Shown: positions 11,173 to 24,149, counted from the stretch's first letter. The stretch is DNA of 64,000 nt from Marsupella aquatica (GCA_973895155.1 OZ316898.1:8481079-8545078), one strand, 5' to 3'. The notes: generated by a model from the sequence alone, not told the origin. A program made the numbers and translations.

Positions 11173-14100
11173 TACACGATATAGAGCTGCTGAGCAAACG
11201 CTGGTCCGACAATGAAGTAGAGTTCGTGGTCTCGCATGACATTTAGCAGACGTACGGCAATCCACGAAAGATACTGGGTTTCTTCTTTATCCGAATCAAA
11301 AGCAGGACTAGCAAAGAGAGTCGAGTGGGTTCTAAGCAAATATATTCCTCTGGTCACTGATTGAAAGGCTTGGGTGTACCAGTGCCACATTGTTTGGATG
11401 ATACTGACTTTGGAGGAAGAAGAGAGGAATGACAGGGTCAATATTGTGATGTGCATTCGTGGTTTCTCAGAAGTACAATCTGGCGTCCCATGACTACCAA
11501 AATGGTTCCAAGAGCCAGAGAAACCCAGGATTCAGACCGTCATGTACATAGTTCAACTTCAACTAAGAAATGGGGTATGTAATATAATTGATGTGAGAGA
11601 ATTTGGTAGTGGTGGGAGAAGGAGATGCAATGCTGAAGTTTCTACAGGTAAGATTTCTGTTGACCCGAAGGATGCAGAAGGCAATTGTATTTCATTGGAG
11701 ACCTGTGAAGCGGCGACAAGTCTCTTTGCTGAATTGTAAGGCAGATTACGATCTCCACTAGGCGATTCGTTAGTTTTGAATACTGAGAAATTCAAAATGT
11801 TTTGGGGCATGTGGACCTCCAATTTACGGGTCTTCTTGATTTGTGCCTTCTTTGCGCTGAATGAAAAGCGACGGAATCGGAAAATTACTACTAGCATAGG
11901 GAGGGACTTATGTGCTAATTTCTTCGCCTAGATTTTGGTGTATTGTTACTGTAGAAGTACGAGTTTAAGAGGGCGGCTGTTTTCTGTCTCATTCCTGAAG
12001 TAATCCTTTTAAAGTAATTGTTACACTATCTCACTCATGTAAGCCAATGGAGCAGTCAAATGTTACCAGATTATGACAAAATTGACTCTTCAATCTTGAG
12101 CGTCCTATTTTTGATTTTAAATGAGAAGCTTTTTCGGCGTTTTCCAAAACAGGGAAAACTCCGAGCCTATCTAGGAGCCAATTATATGAAGGTGCTTTCA
12201 CTCAACTTTATTCAGGATTGTATAGCCGTTGTAAACAGATGTGTGAATGTGTAATGTTTCTCCTGACATGATCTGAATTTTCTTTTCTGTTTCACGTTTC
12301 TAACTAGCTACTGGTCTCTTGAACAATATAGGCCACTACGGCATTCTCGCTCCTATAGGCAAGATTCTTTGCAAATAGACAGTTCTCAGATTGGCTCCTC
12401 CTCTGCCGAAACTCTTTCGGCCATGGAGCCTAGGGTTTCCATTCATGGTGACTGTCTTTCCAGGTGCTCTTTGGCACCATTCTCAAAATGACATCGTGAA
12501 CTCTTTATTCTAAGAAAGGAACTGTACGAAGCATTATTTCCCCTGCACAAGCATTCATTTCTGTGCTTCTGAATTTATGAAAGAGGGGGATTTCCCCTGG
12601 AGTCTCACGAAGAAGATTGATTATATCCCACCTTACCGCTGTCGACATTTATGGATGTGATGACGACAGACGGAGTCGATGCTGTGTGGATTCCAGCAGC
12701 TTTAAGTGTTGGTCATCCTCATCCATACTTTGTGCCTTGCTCAGCTGTTTAATGTAGATTGATATGCCGAATTTGATCCAGCTATAGATTGATTAATGAT
12801 ATGCGAAGCAGAACGATGCTTGGATGTAATGGCAATTTACATCTGGGATGCCTGCAGAGTTGATGTTGATGTAGCATGTCACACTGACGATCATTACTTG
12901 TTGTATCATTATTTGGACCAAATTTGATGCATGAGATTCAAGAATTTGGCTGGCTGGTAAAGGGACTTAGAATGAAATTCAAGAATTTGCCTGGCTGGTA
13001 AAGGGAATACACTACTACACTATCGGCCCCTTTTGCGAACCCATACACATCGCAATCAACAAAGGCCCGATAAACAGAATTCCGGCACTTGCGAACTAAC
13101 ACGCATCGCTACACCATCCCAAATTGCAAAGTTAAAACCTTCGCACGCGGACCATCGCAACGCCATCGCAACACCATGGCAACTTCCTAACCGAATTCCC
13201 TCGCAGCTTGCCGAACAGTTGCAAGTTCAAAATCGTCGCAGACGCTTCGCATTATGCCGCATGGTCCTTTGTTACTGACATTGATTTTTGTGAAGCTGGA
13301 AGGTTTGCTACATCTTTGTGATGGGAATGCGTTCAGTATTTGCGATGTCGTGGTGTTGGCAACTAACGAGCCTTATAAGATCACTCTTATGCGAAATAAA
13401 TTTGACGGGGACTTCCGAAACAAATTGGATCGAAACTTGTGATATATAGTTTAGGCCAGAAGTTGTGAAGCGTTTGCGTTCGCAACTTGTGATGTTACTT
13501 GGTTCTATAATAGCGATCAAGTCATTTCAGTCTTTCCTAGTTATCCAAGTTCGCAATGGGTTTGCACTTTCATGGGAACACGACTTTCAATCAATGTTTT
13601 GCGAGAGATTTCTCTTGGCAGTGGACCCAATGTGGAAGGCAAATGTTTTTTATAAGATGGCAAGTATATAGGTGGATATACCAAAATGTTAGGGCTTGAA
13701 GGAACCCAATACACAAGAGGGGTGGCATATCTGATGCCAAGTCACCCTACTCAACATATGCTATCCTAGCTAAGCTCCAGCCGTGACATGTATCTCATGA
13801 GCCCGGTCATGAGATTCTACAAGCTAACTAAAATGGACTCTTCCGACGCCACTTTGTCGGCTTCTTTGCCGGCTTATTGCCCTTATCCTTCCGTGGATGT
13901 ACAGCCTGGTGCTGACAAGTGCGCGGTGCCTTTCAGCGCTGCTGCTGCTCCTCCTCCTCCTCCTGCCCATCCTCCTCCTCATCACCTCCCTCCTGCTCCC
14001 CCTCATCATCAACCTGTCTCGATGATGCACGACTACTACCACTACCGCGATGGGATGAACCTACCTCCCGGCTACTGCCCCCCTCCCTAGAACCACTGGT

Positions 14101-14567
14101 AAGAGGAGTAGCCCCCTCATCCTCATCATCACTACTACTTGCGTCAGCACCCGACCCCTCAGGCTCATCCGAATCCTGCATCCGTACACTTAATCAGTTT
14201 CTACAAATTAAAAAGGGTCATCCATAATGTTGGCATCACAATTAATTAAATCTTGAACACCTAGATACTTACAGTAGCCAACTCGGCATCCACCATCTGA
14301 AAGAGGTACTTTCTCCCATGCTCCATCCCTATCTCAATATGTTTCTTGGATATCTTCCTCTTATATTTCCGGTACTGCCATGCACCATAAAACCAAAAAT
14401 TAAACCCATAGGCTAAACCAAAATTCACAATGCGAGAGGCCTTAGGCCTAGAAAAGTTAAACTACTTTGAAAACAACTCAAATCACATTTGCGAAGCTGA
14501 TGCGTTCACAAAATGCGAAGCCCTAATTTTTGCAAAGGCATTGCGATGGCTTTTGCGATGCGCGTAT

Positions 14568-17500
14568 TGTGGTGCGTCCCATGGCACCCCAAACCCAAGA
14601 AACCCCCCCCCCGCACAAGCCGATTCCCGCAGGTTTCGTCCTCGACGAGGCCGGTTCCACGGCTTAGCGGCATGGGACGCTGCTAATCTCCTCGACTACT
14701 ACGATTAACATTTTACACACATATACTGGACAGATCCTTCATCGGGTCATGAGATACTTAGCCGGCCTATTCTAGGCCCTCCCTTGTATTCCTCTCCTGG
14801 TCTTCCATTAGGTATGTTTGGAGTCCGCCGCCGGAATGATCCCCAATTGGCTTGGTTAAGCCGCTAAGACCTCTCTCAGCTCAACACATCCATCTCTCAC
14901 TCCCTTGCTACTTCCCTTCATTGATGTGGGCACTCTTCACACAAGTTAATGCGACACACAAATAGCAAAATGACTCCTTCTAACTGAGTTATACCATGCA
15001 CTTGCCATACAAACAGTAAATCTCATACACAAGCTCTGCGAACTAAGCCGTGAGGCCAACTCTATTCAGTTCTTAGGTATGAGGAAACATGAATATACAC
15101 AAGGGTCACTGTATAACTAACCGAGAGCTTCTCTTACTACTTGATCCCAGCCCTGCTGGTGCAACTAAAAACTTGCTAAAGAAGAGGCCCTGAACTCCCC
15201 GCAGCCCAGGTACTTATCCTGGTTGTGGATCCGCCTGATTCCTTGCAGCGTAAGCCTAATCTACTTACTGTAATCTACTTACTGTAATCTACCTAACTGT
15301 AATCTACTTATGTACAACGAGGCAGGAGCACAAGTGTCGCCCTCACTCGTGGATCCGCAATCCCACTAATCTAAGTGTCAGTGCCGTCTCCTGGTCCTGA
15401 TCCTTAGTCTAAACTTGGCGATCAGCGCCCGCCCTGCCCACTCACGCCTCCTACCTCCACGTCCACCCTCCCTAAAAGGGACGGCTCCCTTACACCGTCA
15501 TGACCCCGGTGGCTGGTCCTCAATGGACGCCCCCAACGCTTCCTCCTCAGCCACTGTCGTTGGTCCATCCTCTGACAGATTACCTGCCCTGGACCGAGTC
15601 AACTCTTCATCGGCCTGACTGGGTCCACCCTCGGCTTCGGCCTCAGCATCGGCCACGGCCTCCCCGGCATGTTCTAGTGGAGGATCTGGTACCTTGGCTT
15701 CATTACTGGTTGTCCCGGCCTCGGCCTTGCCATCCCCACTTCCTAGGACTGGTGGATCCACCGCCGTGTCGATGCCGGTGGTTGGTGCGGGGTTTATCTT
15801 CTCGGTCACAACGGCTTGAGAAGCCGTATAACTTCCAGACCTAGAAGGTTTCCGCTTCTTCTTCTTCCCTATTTTGATAGCCGGTTCCTTCCCCTTGCCA
15901 CTTACCTCTGGCACCGGGGTGAGTGTCTCGGCTTGTCCTTCGGCCAATACTACCCCTGGTAACTGGGTTGCCCCAATTGGAGTTGAACCTGATGAACCCA
16001 AGCATTTAAATACTGTGGCTTGTTTCTTCAGCCGCTCCATTTGGTTGCCGACCCGCCGCTGTAGGTTCTCCATCTTCCTCGTGATTTCCTCCAACTCCTC
16101 TTGGGTCTCGTCCAGGTCTTTGCGCACCTCCTCCAACTCCTTTTTGGCTTCCTCCAATTCTTTCTTTAAGGTAGCCCTCTCCTCCTGGGTTGCTCTTAGC
16201 TCCTTGTCAAGCTCTGCTACGACCACAGACTCCATCTTATTCATCTTGGCATAAGTCTGGTCGAGCTGGTCGTCCTTTTCACACAGGTCGGCCTTGAAGC
16301 TGGCCGTCAGGGACGCAAGCTCCTGCTGCAACGCAATAATCCCTTGATAGGATTTCCCTAACTCTGCTTCCTTCTGCTCAAGGGCTCCGCAGATATCTTC
16401 GAGCTCTCCTTTCAACGCCCTCTCCATTCTCTGAGTCTCCGCCATGGCCCGGTTGTTGGCGGTTAAGTGGGCCTCCTCTGCGTCCCTTAGCTCCTGCTTC
16501 CATTTCTCTCTTTCCTTGACTGCGCCGGCCAACTCTCCTTGGGTCTGAGTCAATTTATCTTTGATAATCTGATTGTCAGACTGAGCGGTATCCAACTGCC
16601 CCTACATGATGTTTAGCTCATGCCGCTTAATCCGCAGCTCATCTTGGGCTTTCTTGGCCGCCTGCAGGACTTCCACCTCGGCTTCCTTCTCCCTAAGCCG
16701 CCGGATGACCTCGTCCTTCTTGCTTCTCTCCAAAGCCACCGCTTCTTCTAATCGGTGCTTCTCCAACCTTTCCCTCTGGTAGAAAGGTCCCTGCTCCAAC
16801 TCCTCCCCAAAGATGCTGAGCGCCAGGTTCCCACACATCTCCCCGTACTCTATGGCTCTATCTTTAGCATAGGTGGAGTAAGTAGAAGTCATCGGCAACA
16901 ACCACCTCGGCCTCTATTCCCAAGCCGCCTTGTGGATTTCTTCTACGGTGGCAAGAGGGTTGCTTCTTTTTTCGGCAAGCTGTCCTCTCCCTCTGCTCTC
17001 CGCGGGAAGGAGCCTTAGGCTACTCTGCCTCCGATTCGGGGCTTGAGGCTCCCACATACATTCGCACTCCCGGCTTGTGTTCCGGCCTCCTTCTCTCCTT
17101 GGCTCCGGTAAAGGGGTTTTCCCTCCTGAGTCGGCTTAGGCCGGCCTCTGGGGCAGTGTCCTGTACTGGTGCCGTTGCCGTTGCTGGTGCCGTTCTCTCC
17201 TTCTCCAGCATTTTTAGCAGATTCTGCATGCCTAATTGCTGCATCGGCAAGTCTTCTTTCCTTGGCCGAAACACCTGCTCGATCGTAGGACTGACAGGCT
17301 GGTTGGGCTCTTCTGTTGCCGGCCTCTGCTCTGGAACCTCCTCCGGTGCCCTTGCCGATAGGGGAAGTACTGGGGCAAAGATTTGACTTCTGGCATACCG
17401 GCAAAACAGCGGCATGTGATAGCCAAGCCGGGACACGCTTCCCACACCGATCACCTGCTGTTCCTCCTTCAAGATTTTCTTCAATTGGTTGAGGAGGTAC

Positions 17501-18906
17501 CCGTTGAAATCCCGGCTTGGGTCTGGCCTTTCTGCCAGGTAGACCTGAGCCTTGCCGATCTCTGCCCTCGGCAAGTTACAATGCATGGTCACCCGCAAAA
17601 AATCGATCATCTCTCCGATGTGCGGGTTGGTGCAGGTATTCCGGAAGAAGCCATTCTTCGTTGATGGTCCTGGGAACGACCGGAACTCCTTGTCAGGTAA
17701 GGTCTTCCTGGTATCAACCTTGGTCTTATTACCCATCGGTAAGCCAAACACCTCGACAATCACTAGGGGAGTGAGATAGAAATCCTTCCCATACACCCTC
17801 GTGGAATTGGTCGCGGGTTCCCATGATCCCACGAATTCTAATAAGTCTGAGTCCGGCACCTCCGGCTTCAGCCATGGTAATCTTACAAAGGCTCCAAGCC
17901 GGATCCGGCCATGAAGCCCTGGTACTTCTTGGTCTGCATGGCCGTAAAGCATGCATCCTCCTCCCGTGCAAAATATAATTGCACTTCTTTGGTAGGGTCG
18001 CCGCCCAGCCTTTCCAGGTGTCATCATTTGTTGGAATGGCATTGATGGGATTGACCTCCTCCTCTTCGGCTTCTCCCTGCCTCCTGTTCTGCTGCTCTGC
18101 TGGTTTCCTTGGTGCCGCCGACCTTGTTCTTTTTGCCGGGATGGCCTCTTCGTTGTTGTTTCCTTTCCTCTTCATCTCGGCTACCGTGGATGTTTCTCCT
18201 AGCACAGTTGCCTTTGTCCACCCTTCCGTGCTACCCTTCAACTCCCAGTGCGCGTCGTTGCAGCGGTTGATGGCTTCCCGAATGCCGACAATTATGTCTT
18301 CGCAAAACAGAAGGTCATCGAGCTGATTGGCAGTAGGAGTCCACAAGAACTCGGCCTTGATGAGTTCTCCTCCTAAGAAGGCAGACTTCTACAACTCCCA
18401 CAATCGAGCGAGCTCCTGCCATTCTCGAGCTGCTCTCTCCGATTCTTCATCCTCGTAAGTCCCAATGTACTCAGTTGCCCGTTCGAACAGGCATCCCCAA
18501 AAATGTGCCGCTTGATTGATGTTGCTCATACCCTCCTTGACTCGATCGTTGGTATCTGTTCCCACCCAGAGTGCTTGCCTAAGCAACTGACAGTATTTGG
18601 CCTCCCGTAGTCGTCTGCCCAGTTCGTGCTTGCAAATGAGGCACTATTCCTCGTGAGCAGTCCTTACCCCTCTCCTCCTCTGGTCTTCCCTCCCGTTGGT
18701 CACCCCTAGCCGCCAACGCTTAGCGCGCCCTAACCCTAATCGTGTTCTCTCCCCCGGCGTCCTTACTTCCGGCCTCGGCCCGAGTTCCATAGTCACCCTT
18801 AATTGTTTATATTTTCCTTGTCTTGTTACTATACTAAGGTGTTTCCAGGGTAGACTCCTGCTTTTACCATGTAAACCGGCCTAGTGATTCCTGGCTAGGC
18901 ATCACA
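14568..18906. mobile_element. 4.3 kb solo-LTR-like retroelement unit
   Basis: Inverted termini TGTGGTGC...GCATCACA; near-perfect 5 bp TSD CGTAT/CGTAC (14563-14567, 18907-18911); no internal direct repeat and no gag/pol seen. Confidence 0.75.
15498..18600 (-). pseudogene. Degenerate ~1000 aa retroelement accessory ORF (mobile-domain-like N region plus long coiled coil)
   Basis: ORFs 18389-18586, 17729-18346, 17020-18042, 16602-16901 and 15498-16595 link through in-frame TAG codons and a few frameshifts. LEFVGSW..LTPLVIVEVFGLP motif; heptad-rich ELEEAKKELEEVRKDLDE. Confidence 0.65.
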
Positions 18907-20815
18907 CGTACCTTCACAACAACATCAGAAAATCCAAAAAGAAAAAAGTGCATAATAGAGTTTGCGAGGCTCTTGCGAACGGATACGCATTGCAATGGGA
19001 TCCCAAACTGTGATCCCGAGAGGTTTTTAACCTTAGAAAATATTCTATCAGAGGCTATATATAAATTCTCTAAGTATCTGGCATATAAAATACGCAAATT
19101 TCTAAGTGTCAGTCGTGACCTAAAACAGTGCACACGCAAGCACATTCAGAGAGCATGGACATTCATGACATTCCATTCACTTGCATTACCTCAACTGAGA
19201 AAGTAAGGAGGAAAGAGTTTAGGGAGGAGAGGAGACACTCACAAAGTGGGCCTTGAGACCGGGGAGCCCGCCTTGACCCAGCTTGTGGACTAGATTGTGG
19301 GTGGCTTTCACTCGCTTGGCTGCATCCATGAAACGTTTGGGTGGTCTTCCTTCTTCGTCGACCACCTTTTGCACATCAACTACCTTCTGCTTGAGTCCCT
19401 TCAGGTCATGGTCAAGGGGAAGCTTCCCGGTCTCCTTTGCTTTCAGGGATCGAGCTAGTGTATCCTTCCACTGTTCCAACTCACGAGCTGCTTTGATTTG
19501 CACCTCAATCTTGTAAAATGCATTCCAGATGTCCTCAGTGAATTGGAGGGGCCCGTGCAAATTCCTGTACGATCTCAAGTCTCTCAGGTGGGCTCTAATC
19601 TTCATCCTATCATGGTATCTCATTTGAGACATGGAATTAGAAATCTTGTCTGCCAGCCATTGCTCATCTATGTCAGCTCCATTACGAAATGCATCCTTGA
19701 TCTGATTCATCACTCTCCTTCGCTCTGCCTTCTCAACCTTTCCCCATTGCATGCCTCGTGAGAAATTGCTTGTGATGATCTGTTTGATGGTGCTCTTAGC
19801 CCCTGCATAGGCTAGCTCAATTGGAGTCCCAGTTGTCTCCAAGGCAATGAATGGAAGCTTTTTCCTTGCATCCTCTTTCTGACGTTGCTCATCTCGTTGT
19901 TTTCCAATTGCATTCCTAGATCCTCTCTTCTCTTCTGTTTTTCTATGGCTTGAGGAGAGGCAACTCCCGACTTAGCAATCTCCTCCCTCTTCCTTCTTTT
20001 CTCTCTAGCCTTCTCCTCAGCTGCGACCCTCTCTTCCTCGTCTCTAGTAGCTTGCCCTGCCACAATTCCTGTTTGCAAAACCCTTGGAAAAACCTGGCCT
20101 AAAATGGCACTCAAGGAGGCAAGCCCTACTGGAGTATTCAAATTTACTTCACCCAACTGTGCAGCACTGAGATGTTGGGCAACTAAGTCGCTCCATGCAT
20201 TCTGTTGCTTCTCCTGATTTGCCCCATTGCCACTACCACCAGCACCATGTCCTCCACTCCCACCGTGCTCTCCACTCCCACCGGTAGCCGTAGCTCAATC
20301 CCTCTCAGGTCTCTCTCAATCTTCTCCCCGTGGCCCCTTCTCCTCTCGCTCTCCCAATCAAACAAGGAATGAGCTCGACGCGAGCTCCCGCTGACACTTA
20401 CGCATTTAAAAAAAAACCTCCTTGCAATCACATTCGCATCACAAACTGCCACCCTATTACCTTCGCAAACTGTCTCGCAACTTGCGATACTTTTGTGAAG
20501 AACATACCCTCACTAATCCATCGCAACCCACAGAAACGCCCAAAAATTGCTCTTGCCCTCTGTATTTGCAAAGAAGGTTCGCAAAATGTATCTCTAATTT
20601 GCGAGGCAGGTGATCTCGGTTTAGGGTGGGAAACTATCCCAGGTGTTTAAACGGCTTTACAAGGGTATGGCCTATGGGTAAACCCTTTTAACTCAACATG
20701 GATTTGTGAATGGCCAATTAGTTTGAAGAAGAGGATTTTAGGTTGTAGTTGGGCTTTGTGATTTTGTTTTTGAATCTTAATTGGGTTCTAATTTAACAAT
20801 GGGTTTGAGTTTTAA

Positions 20816-21017
20816 CCCTGGGCCCTCACTCCGTGTAAAAGAAGTGGACCCCCTGCGATCGGGCCCTTTTCGTGTTTACCCCTTGTTATTTCCATTTTAC
20901 CATTAAAAGTTCCCTTATTACCGGTAATAATTATAATTATTAGTTCAAAATGAATAAAAACTACCGTTCAAGCGTTCGCACGTCCTCCATGTATTAGTTA
21001 AGACTGAGGGCCCAGGG
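20816..21017 (+). mobile_element. MITE family B (202 bp)
   Basis: TIR CCCTGGGCCCTCA...TGAGGGCCCAGGG; 8 bp TSD AGTTTTAA (20808-20815, 21018-21025). Confidence 0.93.
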
Positions 21018-21029
21018 AGTTTTAATTTG

Positions 21030-21842
21030 GGGTTTGGATTTAGAAAGGGTTTAGTTTAGGGAGGGTTGTGTTTCAATTGAAGGGGTTAATTTGGGTTTAG
21101 GTTTTAATGTAAGGGTTGGGTTTGACTTTTCACTGATTTCATATTTTTGCTCTATACATATTTCAGTTTAGGGACATGGTTTTAATAGAGGGCTTTAGCT
21201 TAGGGTCTAAGGTAGGGATTTGGGAAAGGTTGTAATTGAGAAGTTTGGGTTAGGGTTTAGGGTTGGGGCTTGATTTTGGTTTAAGTTTAGGGGTTTGGGT
21301 TAGGGTTTAGGGTAGGGGCTTGATTTTGGTTTAAGTTTAGGGGTCTGGGTTAGGGTTTAGGGTAGGGGCTTGATTTTGGTTTAATTAAGTGTAGGGGTTT
21401 GGGTTAGGGTTTAGGGTAGGGGCTTGATTTTGGTTTAAGTTTAGGGGTTTGGGTTAGGATTTAGGGGTAAGGGTTTGATAGGTAATGAGTGAATATGGAT
21501 AGGTAACTTAGGATGGAGTTTGAGTTAGGGTTTAAGGTAGGGGTTTGAGTAAGGTTTTAGCTGAGGGGTTTGGGTTAGGTATTGAATATAGGGGATCGAT
21601 GGGTTCAATTATAATTCAGGGTTGTGTTTAATTTTTAATTTAGGGATTTGGGTTAGGGTTTAGGGTAAAGGCTTCATAGGTAATGAGGGAGTTTGGGTTA
21701 TGGTTTCAGATGGGGTTTGAGTTAGGTTTTAGCTGAGGGATTTGGGTTAGGGTTTGAATGTAGCAGTTGGGTTTTTAGCGTAGGGGTTTTGGTTAGCTAG
21801 GGCTTTGGGTAAGGGTTTTATATGTTCATGTTTAGGGTAGGT
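21030..21842 (+). repeat. Telomere-like G-rich satellite; core of four ~50 bp units at 21247-21450
   Basis: Unit GGGTTAGGGTTTAGGGTAGGGGCTTGATTTTGGTTTAAGTTTAGGGGTTT starts at 21247, 21297, 21347 and 21401; degenerate flanks. Confidence 0.9.
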
Positions 21843-22312
21843 TTTTTTTCTAATTGAGGGTATGCTTTCTTTATTTCATTAACATGAAGGGGTGGAACAC
21901 TCTAGGAGTTGCAAGGCACTTCCCCATCGTTTTCAAAGTTTTGGCTAATGCATATGCATTGCGAGAGCTCGTGCATCTGAAAGGTAAAGCTTGTTTTCCT
22001 GGCATTTTTTATTTTTACTGTAACTTGAGGGTCTATCGTCCCTTTCTATAGTTTACCATAAGTCATTGCTTAATTCATTGTATATTTGCAGATTTTTCCC
22101 TCCTACTTCCAGATTGGGTTCATCAAGTTTGGACCAAAAGACCTATAGGCATTGTTGAGGCCGGGTCTCATAAAGGTATTTTTTCCTTTCATTTTAGTTT
22201 AATATGTCTATGTAGGGATTACAAATGATTGTTTTAGCTACTTTTTACTAACTCGCTATTTACTCGACTGAAGACATCAGCAACTAGCTTTCAACCATCT
22301 CATTGGCAAACA

Positions 22313-22489
22313 TCTGAACCGTTTACATTCCCAAGTCACCTTGAGCAATGTTTCTATATTCCGTACCCACCAGACCCAGAGGAGTGGTCAGTTGTTATAC
22401 CGTATGTGCCACGATCTCGTTCCATTATCTCAGAAAAACCTGAAGTTATTATTGTGTCAAATGGAGGAGAGGATGAGGACCAAGTTTGA
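22313..22489 (+). pseudogene. Remnant of the CACTA TnpD transposase C-terminus (DUF4216-like)
   Basis: Manual translation SEPFTFPSHLEQCFYIPYPPDPEEWSVVIPYVPRSRS..EDEDQV* matches the EPFxxxxQxxQxFY..W.VV...PR motif. Confidence 0.75.
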
Positions 22490-22776
22490 TGCATCACTAG
22501 TAGTAAAACTTATTGTGAGGGTATAATTGTGATTATATTAACTATCATGGTTTTATTTATATTTACCTATTTATTTTCTTCTTTTGTCTTACAAACACTT
22601 GGACTTTGACATTTCATTTTACTGCTATATATGCAACCCTAGCCACTAGAAAGTTATCCTCATGCATGCCACCTTTTTGAAATCCCTAGCTTATAACCTA
22701 AACACATGCATTCTCCATCTTCTAAAGTATTCTCTCAAAAATTTCCATTCTGAAAACTTTGCAAACAACTCTCTTC

Positions 22777-22979
22777 CCCTGGGCCCTTAGTCTTAACTAA
22801 TACATGGAGGACGTGCGAACGCTCAAAGGGTAGTTTTTATTAATTTTGAAATAATAATTATAATTATTACCGGTAATAAGGGAACTTTTAATAGTAAAAT
22901 GGAAATAACAAGGGGTAAACAGGAAAAGGGCCCGATCGCAGGGGGGTCCACTTCTTTTACACGGAGTGAGGGCCTAGGG
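22777..22979 (-). mobile_element. MITE family B, second copy, opposite orientation
   Basis: Reverse complement of 20816-21017; own 8 bp TSD CTCTCTTC (22769-22776, 22980-22987). Confidence 0.93.
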
Positions 22980-23242
22980 CTCTCTTCAATGCGAAACATT
23001 TTTTGAACCAGTCAGGAAGGAATTTCTGAACCTCTTGTGAATCCAATTCCATCGGTACTTGTGATACAAATACGTTCTCAAACTTGCGACCAAATTGGCT
23101 TTGGTACTTTGCAACCCAACGTTCTTCACAACACTTTCCGAACATAATAGGTTCACAAACCACTTGTGATCGTATTAGTATCGCTAAATTATGAACCAAA
23201 ATGTATCTAAATACGGTCGCGATGGTCGCGGACTCACAAAGT

Positions 23243-23539
23243 CTCGGGGGTCTCACTACATGGGAACCTCCCCATCACCTGCGACGTTTTTAGGCCTTGA
23301 ACCCCCTAAAATGTAAGAAAAAAATATTATTTTTTAGCCCCTATAAAGTTGGAATATTTTTGGAATATTCCAAAAATTGGATTAAAAAGGCCCTAATGTT
23401 CTTATAAGTCTCAAAATTGAATTTAAAAGACCCTATTGTTCTTCTACAAAAATTCTTAAGTCTTCTCTTACAACCAATAAAATGACCCTATCCTTCGTCG
23501 CACGTGATATGTCATTTTTGTGGAAGTAAAACCCCTGAG
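23243..23539 (-). mobile_element. MITE family A, second copy, opposite orientation
   Basis: Reverse complement of 6687-6981; 8 bp TSD CACAAAGT (23235-23242, 23540-23547). Confidence 0.93.
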
Positions 23540-24149
23540 CACAAAGTTGTTGCGAGACAACTAGTATCTAAATGTGTTGCGAAGACAATAACATCAAAAA
23601 TGAATTGCGATGTATGTAGCTTCGCAACATGAATTTGCGATGATAAGAGCATGGGATATTGTGATGCGTGTTGCATCACAAAATATCTGAATTTTCTAAC
23701 ATCGCAAGGCCTTCCCGACGTCAAAAAACACCTTCGCAAAAGGGGCCGATATGTAGTGATATATGCACAGGTGGGGAACAAAGAGTAGGTTAATCCAGCA
23801 GGGCCCACTGCTCATAGACCTGGCTCTCTAACAAGACGAGTGGAAATGCTCTAATGAGTTATATATGACAGTGTAAAGTGCAAATCTGAACCCGGGATAG
23901 ATACAATCCCCATGGGCAGTCTATGAGCCCTTTACACTGTCACTTTTGCATACCTCTCCTCCCGAGCTTTGATTTTTTACACCCTAAATTCCTCCCTTGA
24001 TCAATGTTGAGCATTAGCATAGGTAATTTGCTCTTAGAAGGGCTTGGTCGAACTAGCCTCATTTGGCTTACTTTTATTAAAAATGGACAATTCAAAGTCA
24101 CTAATTTTCAAAGATGTCTTTATTGTTTTCTTTTTGCCTTGTACCCAAA

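Larger units (their letters stand above)
13900..20156 (-). pseudogene. Spliced CACTA ORF2/TnpA-like gene (exons ~20156-19243, ~14375-14271, ~14190-13900); its intron holds the 14568-18906 insertion
   Basis: WGKVEKAERRRVMNQIKDAF..DEQWLADKI..IWNAF..HKLGQGGLPGL resembles the Ptta/En/Spm Transposase_24 HxLGxGG motif. GT donor after KAHF; next exon YRKYKRKISKKHIEIGMEHGRKYLFQMVDAELAT; acidic tail. Frameshift near 19840. Outer boundaries are approximate. Confidence 0.6.
13010..23758. mobile_element. CACTA (En/Spm) DNA transposon, non-autonomous, with nested insertions
   Basis: Termini CACTAC(TAC)A(C)TATCGGCCCCTTTTGCGAA / TTCGCAAAAGGGGCCGATATGTAGTG; 3 bp TSD ATA (13007-13009, 23759-23761); many TTGCGA/TCGCAA subterminal motifs; absent from duplication copy 2. 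Confidence 0.95.

Noticed and set aside
13788-14090. Captured proline-rich host gene on the plus strand
   Set aside because: It is the antisense shadow of the acidic (GAG/GAT-rich) last exon of the minus-strand CACTA gene.
20816-22979. A 2.2 kb Mutator/foldback element with ~200 bp TIRs
   Set aside because: Each arm has its own short TIRs and its own distinct 8 bp TSD, so these are two independent MITE insertions in opposite orientation.
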